A stretch of 64,000 bases of DNA from Nitrospirota bacterium (GTDB taxonomy: Bacteria; Nitrospirota; UBA9217): NCBI GenBank assembly GCA_963796285.1, contig CAWCKW010000012.1, forward strand, positions 704,001-768,000. Reading direction: 5' to 3'. The position numbers and the translations under genes were made by a program. Below are positions 30,538 through 41,764 of this stretch, one piece after another. Below the pieces are notes generated by a model that had not been told where the DNA came from, made no database searches, and saw nothing but the letters and a program-made list of their open reading frames with translations. The first letter of the stretch is position 1; the number at the start of each line of letters is the position of its first letter.

Positions 30538-33129
30538 CTATTCATACGAAAGCGCCTCCACGATATTGGTCTTTGCCGCCCGCTGCGCAGGGTAAACGCC
30601 GGCAAGGGCAGAGAGCAAGGTAGACAGAACGATCGCCCAGAAGAGTGAAGCCGTTTGGACGTGATACTGCATGCTGGCGCCATAATCGCCTTTCAGAAAA
30701 CCCTCAAGGCTCGTCCAGCCGATGATGATGCCGGCACCGGCGCCGAGGGTGCCGCCGATGATGCCGAGGAGCATGGATTCGATCACGACCACGCGGGACA
30801 CCTGGCTCCTGAGCATGCCGATGGAGCGCAGGATGCCGATCTCGCGCGTGCGCTCCAGCACTGACGCGAGCAGGGTAACGATGATCCCGAAGCAGGCGAT
30901 GGTCATCGTGATGATGTTGATCGCGTGGTTGACGGCAAAGCCCTGATCGATGACCTTCCGGATCTCATTTTTAAATTCCCTGGACGGCAGCACAAAGAGC
31001 TGGCGATCACGCCCGAACCTTCGCGCGATCTCGTCCCTGACTGATTCCACCTGGTCCTTCTGCGTTACCCGCACCGAGAATGAGTCCGCCAGATACTCCT
31101 TCCAGTATTTATGATAGGTATGCATGTCCATAAGGATCGATCCTGAGTCCGAGCTGTAGTCGACGTTCACGACAGCGATCTTGAACTCGATCGGCCCCTC
31201 CGGTGTCGGGAGCACCATCGCATCGCCGGGCTTGAGGTGTTCCTGCGCTGCGACGGCTTCGTTCACGGCGATGTAATTCTGGTCCGGCAGAAGGCGCGCC
31301 ATGTCTTCGCGCTTGCCCTGTGCGAACTTGAAAGGGCTGTATACCATCCTTCGCTTGATATCCAGGGTGAGGAGCAGGATGCGCCTGCCGTGATAGTCGA
31401 TGTAGACCTTTCGGAACGGGTCTGCTGAGAGCACGCCGGGTACTTTTTCGATCTCTTTCCACATTTCGACGGGCATGGGGATGTTCTGCGCGCCGGTGGT
31501 CGCGATGGGGTGTCCCGAGGTCACGATGATGTCGCCCCGCACATAGGAGTCGATCCAGTCGAGGACGGACTGCTTGGTGCTGTAAAGGATCCCCGATGAG
31601 CTCACAAAAACAGAGATCCCGTAGAAGATGGCGGCCGCTGCCACGGCATTCCGGGTGATGTTCTTCTGGAGGTTCAAGCCGGCGAGCCGACCGGCGGCGC
31701 CCACCCGCGGCGAGATGGTCTTGCGAAAAATGAGGAGAAATACCTGGAGTATGGTCGGTGTCGCGAGCGAAACACCGAGCAGGAAAAAGATCGTAGCCAG
31801 GAACATGGCAGCGCTGTTGTGAAAGAGCGGTGATGCCGGAAAGGTCTTGTACATCAACAGGACCGTTGCAGCGGTGAGGACAAAAGACATTGCCGCGATC
31901 TTCAACCGTTTCCCTGAGAGAAAGCCTTCTTCGGAGTAGGGCGTTGATCGAATGGCCGACACGGGCGTGATGCGGGTGCTTGCCAGGGCAGGGAACAGCG
32001 CCGCCGCAAGGCTCGCGACGAGACCGGTAACGAAGCCGATCGCGAGATTCGGCCAGGAGATGGCGAGCTCGGCGATCGAAGTCCTCATATAGAGTTCGGA
32101 AACGGTCTGGCCCACGGCACCGATCGCAGATTTTGCAAAGAAAATGCCGAGGCCGATACCCAGACCGGACCCGATAATGGCCATGACAAAGGTCTCTCCC
32201 ATGAAAAGTGAAATGATCTCTCGCCGTGTGGTGCCGAGGGCGCGCAGGATGCCGATCTCTTTTCTCCGCTGGACCACGGAGATCGAGACGGCATTATAGA
32301 TCAGGTACATGCCTACGAAGACAGCGATGAAACTGATGAGATTGATGTTCTTCTGGAAGTGGGAGATGAGGACCTCGACCTGCCTGGTCCTGCCTTCCGG
32401 CGTGATGACATTGTATCCGCCGGGGAGGGCCTTTATGATGCGCTCGCGGACAACATCCAGGTTCTCTCCGCGCAGGAGGCTCACGTCGATCCTGTCTATT
32501 CGTCCTTCCTTGCCGAAGGCCATCTGCGCCGCAGGGTAATCCATGATCGCAATACTGCCCGACATGATTTTTGCCGGCCCTTCGGGATTCAGCAGGCCAC
32601 GTACGCGGAAGGTCCGGATGCCGCGCACGGTCTGGATCTGTATGTTCTGATCCAGCTTGATCCCTTCCCGTTCCGCTAGCTCGCGGGTGAGCAGGATGGA
32701 ATCGGGACGGGCAAGGAACAGGAGCGGGTCCGGGATATCTGCGCTTTCATCGGAGAGTTTGTAATCCCGGATATTGCTGTCCTGGAGCACGTCCACGCCG
32801 AGGATCATGAGCGTTCGTTCTTTTGCACCGACGAGGATACCCTGCGTATCGATCACCGGGACGGCATACTCAACACCGGGGACCTTCTGAACGCGTTCGA
32901 TGAGTTCCTCGGGAAAGCCTGAAGCAGCTCCGGTGACCTGGAGAGCGGCACGTCCAGTTACGCGGTTGATCGAGTCTTCGAACGAGCGCATCACGCTCTT
33001 GTTCACGATCCCGATCGAAACGATGGCGGCAACGCCGAGGCTGATGCCCGCCACGGTCATGAGCGTGTGGACCTTCTGGAGCCGGATGCGTTTGATGCTG
33101 ATGTGTTTGAGCAGATTCAGGAGGTTCAT
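30538..33129 (-). CDS. ABC transporter permease (MacB/FtsX-like, duplicated domains)
   Basis: Two RRKEIGILRALG / RTREIGILRSIG motifs; GVYPAQRAA...EALSYE end. Confidence 0.9.
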   Translation of the reverse strand: MNLLNLLKHISIKRIRLQKVHTLMTVAGISLGVAAIVSIGIVNKSVMRSFEDSINRVTGRAALQVTGAASGFPEELIERVQKVPGVEYAVPVIDTQGILVGAKERTLMILGVDVLQDSNIRDYKLSDESADIPDPLLFLARPDSILLTRELAEREGIKLDQNIQIQTVRGIRTFRVRGLLNPEGPAKIMSGSIAIMDYPAAQMAFGKEGRIDRIDVSLLRGENLDVVRERIIKALPGGYNVITPEGRTRQVEVLISHFQKNINLISFIAVFVGMYLIYNAVSISVVQRRKEIGILRALGTTRREIISLFMGETFVMAIIGSGLGIGLGIFFAKSAIGAVGQTVSELYMRTSIAELAISWPNLAIGFVTGLVASLAAALFPALASTRITPVSAIRSTPYSEEGFLSGKRLKIAAMSFVLTAATVLLMYKTFPASPLFHNSAAMFLATIFFLLGVSLATPTILQVFLLIFRKTISPRVGAAGRLAGLNLQKNITRNAVAAAAIFYGISVFVSSSGILYSTKQSVLDWIDSYVRGDIIVTSGHPIATTGAQNIPMPVEMWKEIEKVPGVLSADPFRKVYIDYHGRRILLLTLDIKRRMVYSPFKFAQGKREDMARLLPDQNYIAVNEAVAAQEHLKPGDAMVLPTPEGPIEFKIAVVNVDYSSDSGSILMDMHTYHKYWKEYLADSFSVRVTQKDQVESVRDEIARRFGRDRQLFVLPSREFKNEIRKVIDQGFAVNHAINIITMTIACFGIIVTLLASVLERTREIGILRSIGMLRSQVSRVVVIESMLLGIIGGTLGAGAGIIIGWTSLEGFLKGDYGASMQYHVQTASLFWAIVLSTLLSALAGVYPAQRAAKTNIVEALSYE

Positions 33130-33240
33130 AATATCTTTCAAAAAAAAGAAGAAGTGTTGGAAGCGATTCACGAGTAACTTAAGAATTCAATTCTTAATAA
33201 AATATGGATCAACTATTAAGACGAAAACTTAAAGCACTGT

Positions 33241-33369
33241 CTCGCGCAATGGCCAAGTAGAGGGCCACACTGAGCCGCAAAGGCCGCAAAGAACGGCAAT
33301 AACAAAAGGGGCTTATTGTTTTAAATCAAGACTTCGAGACTTTCTTTGCGCCTTTGCGGCTTTGCGCGA
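33241..33369. repeat. Inverted 8/9-mer tandem-repeat element (CGCAAAG type)
   Basis: gccgcaaag gccgcaaag ... ctttgcgc ctttgcgg ctttgcgcga. Confidence 0.75.
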
Positions 33370-33385
33370 AAATGATTTGTCCGGT

Positions 33386-34078
33386 TCAGGCTTGTCCGAG
33401 TCCCTTCATCGCCGTGTCTTCGGCGATGCCGCCGTCCTTGAGCGTTATGACGCGCGTGCCGTGGGATGAGGCTTTGAGATCATGGGTCACCATAACGATG
33501 GTCTGGCCCTCCCGGTGGAGGCCTGCAAGCAGTTCGAAGATGTCCTCGCTGGTGCGTGAATCGAGGTTTCCCGTGGGTTCGTCGGCCAGAAGCACTGCGG
33601 GGTTCACGATGAGCGCACGTGCAATGGCAACGCGCTGCATCTCGCCGCCGGACAGCTGCTCGGGGCGGTGTTCGATGCGCTCCCCGAGACCAACTTTATG
33701 AAGCAGCGCTTCCGCTTTTGGTTTGACCCTGGAGAAGGGGGTGCCCTCGAGCAGCAGAGGAAGGCCCACGTTCTCTGCCGCAGTAAGAATAGGGAGAAGA
33801 TTGAAGAATTGAAAAATGAAACCTACGTGTCTGCGCCTGATGAGGGTGAGTTCATCGTCGGAGATATTGTGGAGCGGCCTGCCGTCGATGAATATCTCGC
33901 CGGAGCTCGGCTGGTCCAGTCCGCCGATAAGGTTCAGGAGCGTGCTCTTGCCGGAGCCGGAGGGACCCATGACGGAAAGGAACTCGCCGGTGCGTATGCT
34001 GAGAGTGATATTGCGCAAGGCCTGGATATCTTTTGTGCCGTGCCTGTAGCTCCGCGTAACACCTTTCAGCTCGATCAT
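33386..34078 (-). CDS. ABC transporter ATP-binding protein (LolD/MacB-like)
   Basis: GPSGSGKS, LSGGEMQRVAIARAL, LADEPTGNLD, VTHD. Confidence 0.95.
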   Translation of the reverse strand: MIELKGVTRSYRHGTKDIQALRNITLSIRTGEFLSVMGPSGSGKSTLLNLIGGLDQPSSGEIFIDGRPLHNISDDELTLIRRRHVGFIFQFFNLLPILTAAENVGLPLLLEGTPFSRVKPKAEALLHKVGLGERIEHRPEQLSGGEMQRVAIARALIVNPAVLLADEPTGNLDSRTSEDIFELLAGLHREGQTIVMVTHDLKASSHGTRVITLKDGGIAEDTAMKGLGQA

Positions 34079-34252
34079 GCGTCACCTCGTTGTAACAATT
34101 CTAGCGGCTCGGTAACATGTTGTAAAGGTAAATCTGGTTCGCTGAGATGTGCCATTCCCGAAAATGATTTTTTACAATACGGGTAATTTGTGTTATAAGA
34201 AGCAGGTCAACATACGTCATGAAGAATTCAATTCTATCCAGGGAGGTGCTTT

Positions 34253-34828
34253 ATGAAGGTCATTGCATTTAACGGCAGTGTGCGGAAGGACGGGAACACC
34301 GCTATTCTCTTGAACCTGGTGCTCGACGAGCTCAAGGCCGAAGGCATCGAAACCGAACTCTACCAGCTTGCAGGTAAGCCGGTCCAGGGCTGCATTGCCT
34401 GCTTCAAGTGTTTCGAGAAAAAGAACCGGCGCTGTGCCGTGGAGAAGGACATCATCAACGAATGCATCCAGAAGATGGATGCGGCCGACGGGATACTGCT
34501 CGGCTCGCCCACGTACTTCGCCGACGTGTCGGCAGGGATGAAGGCGCTGATCGAGCGGTGCGGCATGGTGGGGCGCGCGAACGAAGCCCTGTACAAACAA
34601 AAAGTGGGCGCGGGCGTGGTCGCGTGCCGGCGCGCGGGCGCGATCAATGTATTCAATTCGCTCAATTATTTCTTCACGATCAACGAGATGATCATCCCCG
34701 GCTCGAGCTACTGGAACATCGGCATGGGCAGGCAACCCGGTGAGGTCAATAATGACACCGAGGGCGTGCAGACCATGAAAAACCTGGGCAGGAACATGGC
34801 GTGGCTGATGAAGAAGATATATTCTTAA
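34253..34828 (+). CDS. Iron-sulfur flavoprotein / multimeric flavodoxin (WrbA-like)
   Basis: GSVRKDGNT, CIACFKC...C, GSPTYF, IIPGSSYW, MKNLGRNMAWL. Confidence 0.88.
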   Translation: MKVIAFNGSVRKDGNTAILLNLVLDELKAEGIETELYQLAGKPVQGCIACFKCFEKKNRRCAVEKDIINECIQKMDAADGILLGSPTYFADVSAGMKALIERCGMVGRANEALYKQKVGAGVVACRRAGAINVFNSLNYFFTINEMIIPGSSYWNIGMGRQPGEVNNDTEGVQTMKNLGRNMAWLMKKIYS

Positions 34829-35040
34829 TAGTTTGCACGCCGGCCATTGATCAATTGTTTGAAGCTACCGGATTTGGCCATGCTGGTCTGATTTCTGCTA
34901 TAATAAAATTTACAATGCAATGGATGACGCGAACACCTGTAGGTCATTAGTATTATTCGTGTAAATAGATTCTATTTTTTTTAAATTAGATCTGTTTATT
35001 ATGTTCAGGATGTAATTCTAAGGAATGGGAGGTATAAGAT

Positions 35041-35265
35041 ATGAAACAGGACAAGAATATGCTGGATGAAATATCGTGCGTCGCTTATGACCTTTATGAA
35101 AAACGCGGATGTGCCCCGGGGAATGATTTCGCGGACTGGCTGGAAGCAGAAAAAATCGTTACGAAGAAGCATTTAAAAGGGGTCCCCAGCGCAGTAAAGG
35201 CCGTTAAGACATCTCAGCCTATGAAGGCTAAAGCAAAAACAAGGCCCATGCATGATAGTGTATAA
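35041..35265 (+). CDS. DUF2934-like small protein
   Basis: EISCVAYDLYEKRG...DFADWLEAEK; GGAGG RBS. Confidence 0.8.
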   Translation: MKQDKNMLDEISCVAYDLYEKRGCAPGNDFADWLEAEKIVTKKHLKGVPSAVKAVKTSQPMKAKAKTRPMHDSV

Positions 35266-35387
35266 GCTATTTATCAAAAAAAGGTTTTTTGATATAACAT
35301 GTACCGTTTTAAGCTCAGACCAGTGACGAGTCTGCATCCTTTGACGACAATGAGGAATCAAACTGACCGTGCTGAATGAAAAATATC

Positions 35388-35417
35388 TTGACAGAACGGC
35401 AGCAGTTGAGGTATTGT
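35388..35417 (+). promoter_or_regulatory. Putative pyr operon promoter
   Basis: TTGACA-18 nt-TATTGT just upstream of the PyrR-binding hairpin. Confidence 0.5.
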
Positions 35418-35435
35418 AACCGCGTCGCAGAAATT

Positions 35436-35554
35436 CTCTTTAAGTCTGGTCCTGTGAGGCCAGGAAGGGTTTAAGATGAAAAAACATACCGGCACCATCA
35501 TGCACGCCATGTTCACGACAACCTTCTTCCTGATTCAGGAGAGAAGGTTTTTTT
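35436..35554 (+). promoter_or_regulatory. PyrR-binding site and transcription attenuator
   Basis: CTTTAAGTCTGGTCCTGTGAGGCCAGGAAGGG matches the PyrR loop (UCCNGNGAGGY); terminator AACCTTCTTCCTGATTCAGGAGAGAAGGTT plus T-run at 35520-35554; CAGGAAGGGTT can pair with the terminator 5' arm (antiterminator). Confidence 0.85.
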
Positions 35555-35670
35555 GTGCCTTTTTGAAACATCAAGCCAGCCCAAAGACACGAGGGCGCCA
35601 AGAAGAGCTGCGATCAAAGGTCTCTCTCTTTGTACGTAGCGATTTCGCGGCAGAATAAGGTGCGTCATAC

Positions 35671-36213
35671 ATGAGTATAAAAGAAAAAGCCCTGATCCTC
35701 GACAAGGCCGGCATCGACCGGGCGCTTACGCGGGTAGCCCATGAGATCCTGGAAAAGAACAAGGGAGCCCGGGACCTTGTGCTCGTCGGCATCCAGCGCG
35801 GCGGTGTACACATTGCCAGGAGACTGTCGGTACGGATACACGAGATAGAAAGAGTAGAAGTGCCGGTGGGCAGTCTGGACATCACCATGTATCGCGATGA
35901 CCTTTCAACGCGCAAATCCCAGCCAGTTCCCCAGGCCACGGACATTACCTTTGATATTCAGGACAAGGTGATGGTGCTCGTGGATGATGTGATCTTTACG
36001 GGCAGGACCATCCGCGCGGCGCTGAACAGCATCATGGACTACGGCAGGCCGCGGTGCGTCCAGCTTGCGGTGCTCGTGGACCGGGGACACCGGGAACTTC
36101 CGATCCGCGCCGACTATGTGGGCAAGAACCTCCCGACCTCGGCAAAAGAGAAGGTGGAAGTGATGCTGGCAGAGGACGGAGTGGAAGAGAAGATAGTGAT
36201 ATTGGGAGAATAA
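35671..36213 (+). CDS. pyrR: Pyrimidine operon regulator / UPRTase PyrR
   Basis: [53 protein letters not shown]. Confidence 0.97.
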   Translation: MSIKEKALILDKAGIDRALTRVAHEILEKNKGARDLVLVGIQRGGVHIARRLSVRIHEIERVEVPVGSLDITMYRDDLSTRKSQPVPQATDITFDIQDKVMVLVDDVIFTGRTIRAALNSIMDYGRPRCVQLAVLVDRGHRELPIRADYVGKNLPTSAKEKVEVMLAEDGVEEKIVILGE

Positions 36214-36216
36214 TCA

Positions 36217-36275
36217 CGGGTCAAGTAGCAAGGGTCATGGAATTCCTGAACCCTGGACCCCGGACCCTTAACCCT
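36217..36275. repeat. Inverted heptamer element (GGGTCAA / CCTGRAC)
   Basis: gggtcaa gtagcaa gggtcat gg-aatt-cctgaac cctggac cccggac ccttaac cct. Confidence 0.7.
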
Positions 36276-36288
36276 CAAAGGTTTAATT

Positions 36289-37218
36289 ATGACACTCAGC
36301 TCAAAAGATCTGCTCGGTATAAAAGGTATGACCGCGGACGAGATCACACTCATCCTGGATACGGCTTCAACGTTCAAGGACGTGTCCGAACGTGACATCA
36401 AGAAGGTCCCGGTGCTCCGCGGCAAGACCGTGATCAACCTCTTCTACGAGGCAAGCACGAGGACGAGGACCTCCTTTGAACTCGCGGGCAAGCGTCTGTC
36501 CGCAGACGTGATCAACATATCGACCTCTACCAGCAGCGTGGTCAAAGGTGAGACGCTCCTCGATACCGCCCGGAACATCGAGGCCATGAAGTGCGACATG
36601 ATCATCGTGCGCCATTCCTGTTCAGGCGCTCCGGAGTTTCTTTCAAAACGGCTGAAGAGCGCGGTGATCAACGCCGGCGACGGTTTCCACGAACATCCTA
36701 CGCAGGCGCTGCTCGATATGTACACGATACGCGAAAAACTCGGCAAACTCGAAGGGCTTACCATAGCGATCGTGGGCGACATTGCCCATAGCAGGGTGGC
36801 ACGGTCGAACATATACGGGCTCACGACCATGGGCGCGAAGGTCAGGGTCTGCGGGCCGCCGACCATGGTGCCTCCGGGCATTGAAAGCCTCGGGGCCCAG
36901 GTCTCTTACGACATGAACGCCGCTGTTGAAGGCGTGGACGTGGTCATGATGATCAGACTCCAACTCGAGCGCCAGACCGCCGGACTTTTCCCGGGCGTGC
37001 GCGAGTACGCGAGATTTTATGGTTTGAACCAGACGCGCGTCGAGCGGGCGGCAAAACACGTACTGGTGATGCACCCCGGCCCCATGAACCGCGGAGTGGA
37101 GATATCGTCCGAGGTCGCGGATGGGACACCCGTCATTCTTGATCAGGTGACGAACGGTGTGGCTGTACGGATGGCGGTGATGTACCTCTTATCGGGCGGC
37201 ATAAAGGCGGAGGCTTAA
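36289..37218 (+). CDS. pyrB: Aspartate carbamoyltransferase catalytic subunit
   Basis: [37 protein letters not shown]. Confidence 0.97.
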   Translation: MTLSSKDLLGIKGMTADEITLILDTASTFKDVSERDIKKVPVLRGKTVINLFYEASTRTRTSFELAGKRLSADVINISTSTSSVVKGETLLDTARNIEAMKCDMIIVRHSCSGAPEFLSKRLKSAVINAGDGFHEHPTQALLDMYTIREKLGKLEGLTIAIVGDIAHSRVARSNIYGLTTMGAKVRVCGPPTMVPPGIESLGAQVSYDMNAAVEGVDVVMMIRLQLERQTAGLFPGVREYARFYGLNQTRVERAAKHVLVMHPGPMNRGVEISSEVADGTPVILDQVTNGVAVRMAVMYLLSGGIKAEA

Positions 37219-37240
37219 TAAAGGCAACTTCTTTTCAGGT

Positions 37241-37320
37241 GAAATGGAGAAAGAGGGGGAAAGGGTGGAAAAGACAGCATTCATTAAACCCCATTTCGCC
37301 GTTACTTCCCCCTTTTCCCT
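37241..37320. repeat. Degenerate inverted octamer element (purine arm / pyrimidine arm)
   Basis: gaaatgga gaaagagg gggaaagg gtggaaaa ... ccccattt cgccgtta cttccccc ttttccct. Confidence 0.5.
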
Positions 37321-37344
37321 AAGGAGATTTTGAATCAGGTGCTC

Positions 37345-38611
37345 ATGATGAATATCTTGATAAAAAATGGCCGCGTGATCGATCCGGCGAATAAGGTTGA
37401 CGAGAAACTCGATATCCTCGTATCGGACGGCAAGATCGCGAAGCTCGGCAAGCCGGGCTCGTTATCAGCTGATGGCTCGCAGGCGATCGATGCCGCGGGC
37501 AAACTCATCGTCCCGGGCCTCGTCGACATGCATGTGCATCTCCGTGAACCGGGGTTCGAGTATAAGGAAACGATCTCGACAGGTACCGCAGCGGCAAAGG
37601 CGGGAGGGTTCACCTCGGTCTGCTGCATGCCGAACACCAATCCGGTGAATGACAACCGCTCGATCACCGAGTTTATCCTGTCTCGGGCCAGAGAAGCGAC
37701 GGCGCGGGTCTACCCCATCGGAGCTATCACCAAGGGTTCCAGGGGCGAGGAACTGGCGGAAATGGGCGAACTGCATCAGGCGGGTTGCGTTGCCGTATCG
37801 GACGATGGCAAGCCGCTTATGAATGCGGCGCTGATGCGCCGTGCCATGGAGTATTCGAAGATATTCGATATCCTCATCATTTCCCACTGCGAAGACAGTG
37901 CGCTGTCAGACAAAGGGGTGATGAACGAAGGCAGGATTTCAACCGAGCTCGGGACTTCGCGGGATCCCTTGCGCGGCTGAGGACGTGATGACCAGCCGTG
38001 ACATCTCTCTCGCCGAGTTGACGGGATGCAGACTGCACATAGCCCACGTGAGCACTGCCGGTTCAGTGGGCCTGGTCCGTGAAGCGAAGAAGCGGGGCGT
38101 ACGGGTAACGGCAGAGACCTGTCCTCACTACTTTACGTTGACCGATGAGGCGGTCCGTGGTTACAATACCATGGCGAAGATAAATCCACCGCTCCGTACT
38201 GCCGAGGATGTAGCAGCGATCAAGCAAGGTTTGAAGGACGGGACCATCGATGTGATCGCCACGGACCACGCGCCTCACGGCATGGACGAGAAATCAGGCG
38301 AGTTCGATTACGCTCCATTCGGGATCGTCGGCCTCGAGACCGCGGTCGCTCTTACGCTCAGGCTGGTGGAGGAAGGGGTGCTTTCGTTTTCCGAAGCGAT
38401 CAGGAAACTGAGCATCAATCCATCGGCAATACTCAAAATCAGCGCGGGCAGTCTCGCACCAGGCTCGGATGGGGACATCACGATCATCGATCAAAGCGCT
38501 GCATGGATTGTCGATTCGGCACAGTTTAAATCAAAGTCCAGGAACACGCCGTTCAATGGATGGAAACTCACGGGAAGGGCAGTACAGACGATCGTGGGAG
38601 GGAAACTTTAA
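37345..38611 (+). CDS. pyrC: Dihydroorotase (apparent extra base near 37952)
   Basis: [20 protein letters not shown] | HIAHVST, ETCPHY, KINPPLR, ATDHAPH, SRNTPF. Confidence 0.93.
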
Positions 38612-39476
38612 TTGCGGATTTCGGATTGCGGATTGCGGATTGGAAGGGTGCTCGCTGTATTTTTCTGTGTTCTGGCTGCCTCGTCGGTTTTCGCAGTGCA
38701 GGACCAGCAAATACAACAGAAGCTTGCTGCGCTCGAAAAGATCCAGGGCAAGTTTACATTCATCGTTATGGGCGATAATCGCTCTGGTGATGATATCTAT
38801 AGGAAGCTTGTTTCCACTGGCGATGGAACGGAAGCCGGATTTCGTCGTGAATACGGGCGATATGATCGTGGCCCCCGGCAACAAACGGGAATGGGCCAAG
38901 TTCTGGGAAATGTCGAAGCCGATAAGCGTACCCTATTTTCTGACCGTGGGCAATCACGACGCGCACCCGAAGGTGCCGTTGAGCGAGAAAACATATAAGC
39001 AGGAAGTGGACCTCCCCGGGAATGAGCTGTATTATTCTTTTGTCGCTGGAAATTCGCTCTTTATTGTCCTCGACTCTTGTATGGAAAACCAGGAAAAGAG
39101 GATCATTGGCGGGCAATTCAAATGGCTCGAAGCCGTTCTCGTGAATTCGACGCAGAAACATAAATTCGTATTTCTGCACCATCCCTTGTACACCGATCTG
39201 GGGAAGGGGCATCACGCTCATGACAGCCTCGACAAGTATCCGGAAAGCAGGGACAGGCTCGAGGCGCTCTTTGCGAAGTGCAAGGTTGATGCGGTATTCG
39301 CGGGACATGAACATTATTATGAAAAACGGAGTGTTGACAATGTCCTCTATATCATTACCGGTGGAGGCGGAGCGCCGGTCTATGATAAGGAAGAATATGG
39401 CGGGTTTAATCATTTTGTTCAGATGTCTGTGGACGGGGACAAGGTGAGCGGGGAAGTCATCGATATCAACAGGTAA
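38612..39476 (+). CDS. Exported calcineurin-like metallophosphoesterase (apparent extra base near 38814)
   Basis: Signal-like N-terminus; GDNRSG | NTGDMI, GNHD, FLHHP, FAGHEHYYE, TGGGGAP. Confidence 0.85.
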
Positions 39477-39506
39477 GATGAGGGATCAGTTCTGATGCAA
39501 AAGAGC

Positions 39507-39588
39507 TCCTCACCGCGGCACTCTCCGCAGAGGGGCGAGGGTGATTCGTTGTTCATACTTCCAGGCGGAGAGGATTGAGTGCGGGGAG
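39507..39588. repeat. Degenerate palindromic element (CCTCACC..CTCTCC..GAGGG / GGAGAGG..GAG..GGGG)
   Basis: ctcctcaccgcggcactctccgcagaggggcgaggg ... ggcggagaggattgagtgcgggg. Confidence 0.45.
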
Positions 39589-39614
39589 ATTATGATGCTG
39601 GAAGGTAGATCAGG

Positions 39615-40745
39615 ATGAAAAAAGCGATACTTGCATTGGCAGATGGCATGGTGTTCGAGGGACACTCTTTTGGCGCGGAAGGCGAGGCTTCCGGCGAGGT
39701 GGTGTTCAACACGAGCATGACCGGATACCAGGAAATTCTTACCGACCCGTCGTACAAGGGCCAGATCGTTACCATGACCTCCACGCAGATCGGCAACTAC
39801 GGGGTGAACGACGAGGACGTGGAAGCCGCAAAACCGTACGTGGAAGGCTTCATCGTGAAGGAGTATCTCGACATCCCGAGCAACTGGAGGTCAACAAAAT
39901 CCCTCCACGAGTACCTCAAGGAAAGCGGCATCGTCGGCATCCAGGGAATCGATACCCGCGCGCTGACCCGTCACCTCCGCGATTTTGGCGCGCAGCCGGG
40001 GGTCATCACGACAAAGGACATGAAGCCCGAGAGTATCGTTGCCCGGGCAAAGGCGCTGCCGAACATGAGCGGCCTTGATCTGGTGAAAGAGGTCACGTGC
40101 AAAACAGCATATACGTGGGATGAAGGTGACTGGGACCTCAAGACCGGTTACAGCAGGAAGAGGTCTTCTCGCTATCATGTCGTGGCCTATGATTACGGCA
40201 TTAAGCGGAATATTCTGCGGCTCCTCACGGCAGCGGGATGCGATGTGACCGTTGTGCCTGCGACCATGCCGGCGGAAGAAGTGCTTGCCATGAAACCGGA
40301 CGGCGTATTCCTGTCGAACGGGCCCGGAGATCCTGAGCCGGTCAACTATGCTGTCGAGAACATCAAAAAGTTACTGGGCAGGAAGCCGATCTTCGGCATC
40401 TGCCTCGGACAGCAGCTCTTCGGTCTCGCCCTTGGCGGCAAGACCTACAAACTCAAGTTCGGGCATCATGGCGGCAATCAGCCGATCATGGACCTTTCCA
40501 CACGCAAGGTCGAGATCGCGGCGGAGAACCATGGCTTCGCGGTTGACTTGGAGACCGTGAAAGACAAAGTCGTCATGACGCACATGAACCTGAACGACAA
40601 TACCTGCGAGGGGATCCGGCATAAAACACTTCCTGCGTTTGCAGTACAGTATCATCCTGAGGCATCGCCGGGACCGCATGACAGCAGGTATTTGTTCGGC
40701 CGCTTTATTGATATGATGGAAAAAGAAAAGGAACGGAAAAACTAA
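39615..40745 (+). CDS. carA: Carbamoyl-phosphate synthase small subunit
   Basis: [46 protein letters not shown]. Confidence 0.97.
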   Translation: MKKAILALADGMVFEGHSFGAEGEASGEVVFNTSMTGYQEILTDPSYKGQIVTMTSTQIGNYGVNDEDVEAAKPYVEGFIVKEYLDIPSNWRSTKSLHEYLKESGIVGIQGIDTRALTRHLRDFGAQPGVITTKDMKPESIVARAKALPNMSGLDLVKEVTCKTAYTWDEGDWDLKTGYSRKRSSRYHVVAYDYGIKRNILRLLTAAGCDVTVVPATMPAEEVLAMKPDGVFLSNGPGDPEPVNYAVENIKKLLGRKPIFGICLGQQLFGLALGGKTYKLKFGHHGGNQPIMDLSTRKVEIAAENHGFAVDLETVKDKVVMTHMNLNDNTCEGIRHKTLPAFAVQYHPEASPGPHDSRYLFGRFIDMMEKEKERKN

Positions 40746-40748
40746 TTT

Positions 40749-40835
40749 TCTCGCAAAGACGCAAAGTACGCAAAGAAAGGCGAAACTTCTAGTTTATTTG
40801 ACTTTAACCTTTGCGACCTTTGCGTCTTTGCGAGA
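40749..40835. repeat. Inverted 8/9-mer tandem-repeat element (CGCAAAG x3 arms)
   Basis: TCTCGCAAAGACGCAAAGTACGCAAAG ...33 nt... CTTTGCGACCTTTGCGTCTTTGCGAGA; arms 25/27 complementary. Confidence 0.85.
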
Positions 40836-40850
40836 GATAGAATTTGTTTC

Positions 40851-41756
40851 ATGGCTTTATTGATCTCAAATAATGAACTAAACGAACGCATTGACGCGGC
40901 CTACGAGCTTCTCGCATCCTGCCGCGTCTGCCCCCGCGAATGCGGGGTGAACCGGCTGAAGAACGACAAGCTCGGTTTCTGCCGGTCGGGGTTGAATCCA
41001 ATCATCTCGAGCGTGAGCCCGCATTACGGCGAGGAGCCTCCGCTCTCGGGCACTAAAGGTTCGGGCACGGTATTTTTCACCAACTGCAACCTCAGGTGTG
41101 TATACTGCCAGAATTACCCGATAAGCCAGATGGGGAACGGCGAGGAGCGGACACCGGGTGAACTCGCATGTCAGATGCTCTGGCTTCAGGAGCAGGGATG
41201 TCATAATCTGAACCTGGTGACCCCGACACATTTTGTGCCGCAGATCCTGAAGGCGCTCGGCATTGCAATGCAGCGTGGTTTCAATCTGCCGATCGTGTAC
41301 AACACGAGCGGGTACGAGTCGGTGGAAACCCTCACTCTGCTCGACGGCATCGTCGACATTTATCTTCCGGACATGCGATACTCCGACAACGCCGCTGCAA
41401 TGAAGTACTCCATAGCCCCTGATTATCCGGAGATCAATCGCGCGGCGATAAAAGAGATGTATCGGCAGGTCGGGAACCTTGTCCTTGATGAGCAAGGGGT
41501 CGCCAGACAGGGTTTGATCATCCGGCATCTTGTCCTGCCCGGCAACATTGCGGGGACAGAACGAGTGATGAAGTTCCTTGCCGAGGAAATATCGACAGAC
41601 GTCTCTATCAGCCTCATGTCCCAGTATTTCCCGGCATACCGTGCCAGGGAGTTTCAAGAGATCAACAGAAGGATCACGACCGAAGAGTATGAGAAGGCCT
41701 ACCAGATCATGCTGAAGTATGGGCTGGAGAACGGGTGGGTACAGGAACACGAATAA
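40851..41756 (+). CDS. Radical SAM protein, PflX-like
   Basis: CRVCPRECGVNR, HYGEEPPLSG, CNLRCVYCQN, NLNLVTPTH, IIRHLVLPG. Confidence 0.9.
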   Translation: MALLISNNELNERIDAAYELLASCRVCPRECGVNRLKNDKLGFCRSGLNPIISSVSPHYGEEPPLSGTKGSGTVFFTNCNLRCVYCQNYPISQMGNGEERTPGELACQMLWLQEQGCHNLNLVTPTHFVPQILKALGIAMQRGFNLPIVYNTSGYESVETLTLLDGIVDIYLPDMRYSDNAAAMKYSIAPDYPEINRAAIKEMYRQVGNLVLDEQGVARQGLIIRHLVLPGNIAGTERVMKFLAEEISTDVSISLMSQYFPAYRAREFQEINRRITTEEYEKAYQIMLKYGLENGWVQEHE

Positions 41757-41764
41757 AAAACATT

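Noticed and set aside
35476-35658. Leader peptide in the pyrR leader
   Set aside because: Runs through the terminator; PyrR RNA-binding attenuation explains the region.
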